In this document: piece by piece, positions 39,501 through 43,641 of the stretch | How the letters are laid out: every line of letters starts with the position of its first letter | How positions within the stretch are numbered: the first letter of the stretch is position 1 | Assembly: GCA_032718475.1 (NCBI GenBank) | Contig: JAUCBJ010001710.1 | Coordinates: 1-43,641 of the forward strand | DNA: 43,641 bases | Source: Nemertoderma westbladi | Taxonomy: Eukaryota; Animalia; Xenacoelomorpha | Reading direction: 5' to 3' | Notes under the pieces: model-generated | What the model was told of the DNA's origin: nothing | What the model saw: the letters and a program-made list of their open reading frames with translations, nothing else | Databases searched by the model: none | Program-made: the position numbers and the translations under genes

Positions 39501-42500
39501 TAATTCTAACTATAACACACAAACTAAGCTTTACTCTAACTATAACACACAAACTAACCTTAATTCTAACTATAACACACAAACTAACCTTTATTCTAAC
39601 TATAACACACAAACTAACCGTAATTCTAACTATAACACACAAACTAACCTTAATTCTAACTATAACACACAAACTAACCTTAATTTTAACTATAACACAA
39701 AAACTAACCTTAATTTTAACTATAACACACAAACTAACCTTAATTCTAACTATAACACACAAACTAACCGTAATTCTAACTATAACACATCACAAACTAA
39801 CCTTTACTCTAACTATAACACACAAACTAACCTTAATTCTAACTATAACACACAAACTAACCTTTACTCTAACTATAACACACAAACTAACCTTAATTCT
39901 AACTATAACACACAAACTAACCTTAATTCTAACTATAACACACAAACTAACCGTAATTCTAACTATAACACACAAACTAACCTTAATTCTAACTATAACA
40001 CACAAACTAACCTTAATTCTAACTATAACACACAAACTAACCTTAATTCTAACTATAACACACAAACTAACCTTTACTCTAACTATAACACACAAACTAA
40101 CCTTAATTCTAACTATAACACACAAACTAACCTTTATTCTAACTATAACACACAAACTAACCTTAATTCTAACTATAACACACAAACTAACCTTAATTCT
40201 AACTATAACACACAAACTAACCTTAATTCTAACTATAACACACAAACTAACCTTAATTCTAACTATAACACACAAACTAACCTTTACTCTAACTATAACA
40301 CACAAACTAACCTTAATTCTAACTATAACACACAAACTAACCTTAATTCTAACTATAACACACAAACTAACCTTAATTCTAACTATAACACACAAACTAA
40401 CCTTAATTCTAACTATAACACACAAACTAACCTTAATTCTAACTATAACACACAAACTAACCTTAATTCTAACTATAACACACAAACTAACCTTAATTCT
40501 AACTATAACACACAAACTAACCTTTACTCTAACTATAACACACAAACTAACCTTAATTCTAACTATAACACACAAACTAACCTTAATTCTAACTATAACA
40601 CACAAACTAACCTTTACTCTAACTATAACACACAAACTAACCTTAATTCTAACTATAACACACAAACTAACCTTAATTTTAACTATAACACACAAACTAA
40701 CCGTAATTCTAACTATAACACACAAACTTACACACACACAACACAACACACACACATAACTAACCTTAATCTAACTATAACACACAAACTAACCTTAATT
40801 CTAACTATAACACACAAACTAACCTTAATTCTAACTATAACACACAAACTAACCGTAATTCTAACTATAACACACAAACTAACCTTAATTTTAACTATAA
40901 CACACAAACTAACCTTTACTCTAACTATAACACACAAACTAACCTTTACTCTAACTATAACACACAAACTAACCTTAATTCTAACTATAACACACAAACT
41001 AACCTTAATTTTAACTATAACACACAAACTAACCTTAATTTTAACTATAACACACAAACTAACCTTTACTCTAACTATAACACACAAACTAACCTTACTC
41101 TAACTATAACACACAAACTAACCTTAATTCTAACTATAACACACAAACTAACCTTAATTTTAACTATAACACACAAACTAACCTTAATTCTAACTATAAC
41201 ACACAAACTAACCTTAATTCTAACTATAACACACAAACTAACCTTAATTCTAACTATAACACACAAACTAACCTTAATTCTAACTATAACACACAAACTA
41301 ACCTTAATTTTAACTATAACACACAAACTAACCTTAATTTTAACTATAACACACAAACTAACCTTTACTCTAACTATAACACACAAACTAACCTTTACTC
41401 TAACTATAACACACAAACTAACCTTAATTCTAACTATAACACACAAACTAACCTTAATTCTAACTATAACACACAAACTAACCGTAATTCTAACTATAAC
41501 ACACAAACTAACCTTAATTTTAACTATAACACACAAACTAACCTTAATTTTAACTATAACACACAAACTAAACTTAATTCTAACTATAACACACAAACTA
41601 ACCTTTACTCTAACTATAACACACAAACTAACCTTAATTCTAACTATAACACACAAACTAACCGTAATTCTAACTATAACACACAAACTAACCTTAATTT
41701 TAACTATAACACACAAACTAACCTTAATTTTAACTATAACACACAAACTAACCTTAATTCTAACTATAACACACAAACTAACCTTTACTCTAACTATAAC
41801 ACACAAACTAACCTTAATTCTAACTATAACACACAAACTAACCTTTATTCTAACTATAACACACAAACTAACCGTAATTCTAACTATAACACACAAACTA
41901 ACCTTAATTCTAACTATAACACACAAACTAACCTTAATTCTAACTATAACACACAAACTAACCTTAATTCTAACTATAACACACAAACTAACCTTAATTC
42001 TAACTATAACACACAAACTAACCTTAATTCTAACTATAACACACAAACTAACCTTTACTCTAACTATAACACACAAACTAACCTTAATTCTAACTATAAC
42101 ACACAAACTAACCTTAATTCTAACTATAACACACAAACTAACCTTAATTCTAACTATAACACACAAACTAACCTTAATTCTAACTATAACACACAAACTA
42201 ACCTTAATTCTAACTATAACACACAAACTAACCTTAATTCTAACTATAACACACAAACTAACCTTAATTCTAACTATAACACACAAACTAACCTTAATTC
42301 TAACTATAACACACAAACTAACCTTAATTCTAACTATAACACACAAACTAACCTTAATTCTAACTATAACACACAAACTAACCTTTACTCTAACTATAAC
42401 ACACAAACTAACCTTAATTCTAACTATAACACACAAACTAACCTTAATTCTAACTATAACACACAAACTAACCTTAATTCTAACTATAACACACAAACTA

Positions 42501-43641
42501 ACCTTAATTCTAACTATAACACACAAACTAACCTTAATTCTAACTATAACACACAAACTAACCTTAATTCTAACTATAACACACAAACTAACCTTAATTC
42601 TAACTATAACACACAAACTAACCTTTACTCTAACTATAACACACAAACTAACCTTAATTCTAACTATAACACACAAACTAACCTTAATTCTAACTATAAC
42701 ACACAAACTAACCTTAATTCTAACTATAACACACAAACTAACCTTAATTCTAACTATAACACACAAACTAACCTTTACTCTAACTATAACACACAAACTA
42801 ACCTTTACTCTAACTATAACACACAAACTAACCTTAATTCTAACTATAACACACAAACTAACCTTAATTCTAACTATAACACACAAACTAACCTTAATTC
42901 TAACTATAACACACAAACTAACCTTAATTTTAACTATAACACACAAACTAACCTTAATTCTAACTATAACACACAAACTAACCTTAATTTTAACTATAAC
43001 ACACAAACTAACCTTAATTCTAACTATAACACACAAACTAACCTTAATTTTAACTATAACACACAAACTAACCTTTACTCTAACTATAACACACAAACTA
43101 ACCTTTACTCTAACTATAACACACAAACTAACCTTAATTCTAACTATAACACACAAACTAACCTTAATTCTAACTATAACACACAAACTAACCGTAATTC
43201 TAACTATAACACACAAACTAACCTTAATTTTAACTATAACACACAAACTAACCTTAATTTTAACTATAACACACAAACTAACCTTAATTCTAACTATAAC
43301 ACACAAACTAAGCTTTACTCTAACTATAACACACAAACTAACCTTAATTCTAACTATAACACACAAACTAACCGTAATTCTAACTATAACACACAAACTA
43401 ACCTTAATTTTAACTATAACACACAAACTAACCTTAATTTTAACTATAACACACAAACTAACCTTAATTCTAACTATAACACACAAACTAACCTTTACTC
43501 TAACTATAACACACAAACTAACCTTAATTCTAACTATAACACACAAACTAACCTTAATTCTAACTATAACACACAAACTAACCGTAATTCTAACTATAAC
43601 ACACAAACTAACCTTAATTCTAACTATAACACACAAACTAA
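33554..43641. repeat. Satellite array, 30-bp monomer AATTCTAACTATAACACACAAACTAACCTT, >330 copies, with higher-order structure; runs off the right edge
   Basis: Strict 30-bp period with a small set of recurrent variants. CA-rich interruptions occur at ~35227, 35798, 38473 and 40728. It presumably lies in a DUSP intron. Confidence 0.98.

Noticed and set aside
33446-43636. 600-850-aa repeat ORFs, and a telomere interpretation
   Set aside because: They are a 10-codon satellite translation open on both strands. CTAACC-like words occur, but there is no canonical TTAGGG or TTAGG tract.

Overview
Eukaryotic, probably invertebrate animal, genomic DNA. About 70% of the window (my rough sum) is tandem repeat from at least ten unrelated families with 15, 17, 29, 30, 31, 34, ~40, 43, 48 and 57 bp monomers. 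The only convincing host gene is the 3' part of a minus-strand DUSP8/DUSP16-type MAP kinase phosphatase: a catalytic HCLAGISRSAT exon at 30514-30637 and a last exon at 26715-28110. I found no upstream exons in the window. The rest is transposon-derived. It includes two non-LTR retrotransposon remnants, a non-autonomous element with 18-bp TIRs and a 6-bp TSD (IS3EU-like), a 59-bp mini-MITE, a dispersed MITE-like family and a probable decayed Helitron/Helentron Rep. The most notable pattern is that several arrays appear to have grown from a short, often hairpin-forming piece inside or at the end of a transposable element. One array also probably lies in the DUSP 3' UTR. The long ORFs over the arrays are artefacts. 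There is no CRISPR array and no recognisable rRNA or tRNA. All family assignments come from motif recognition by eye, and no database search was run.
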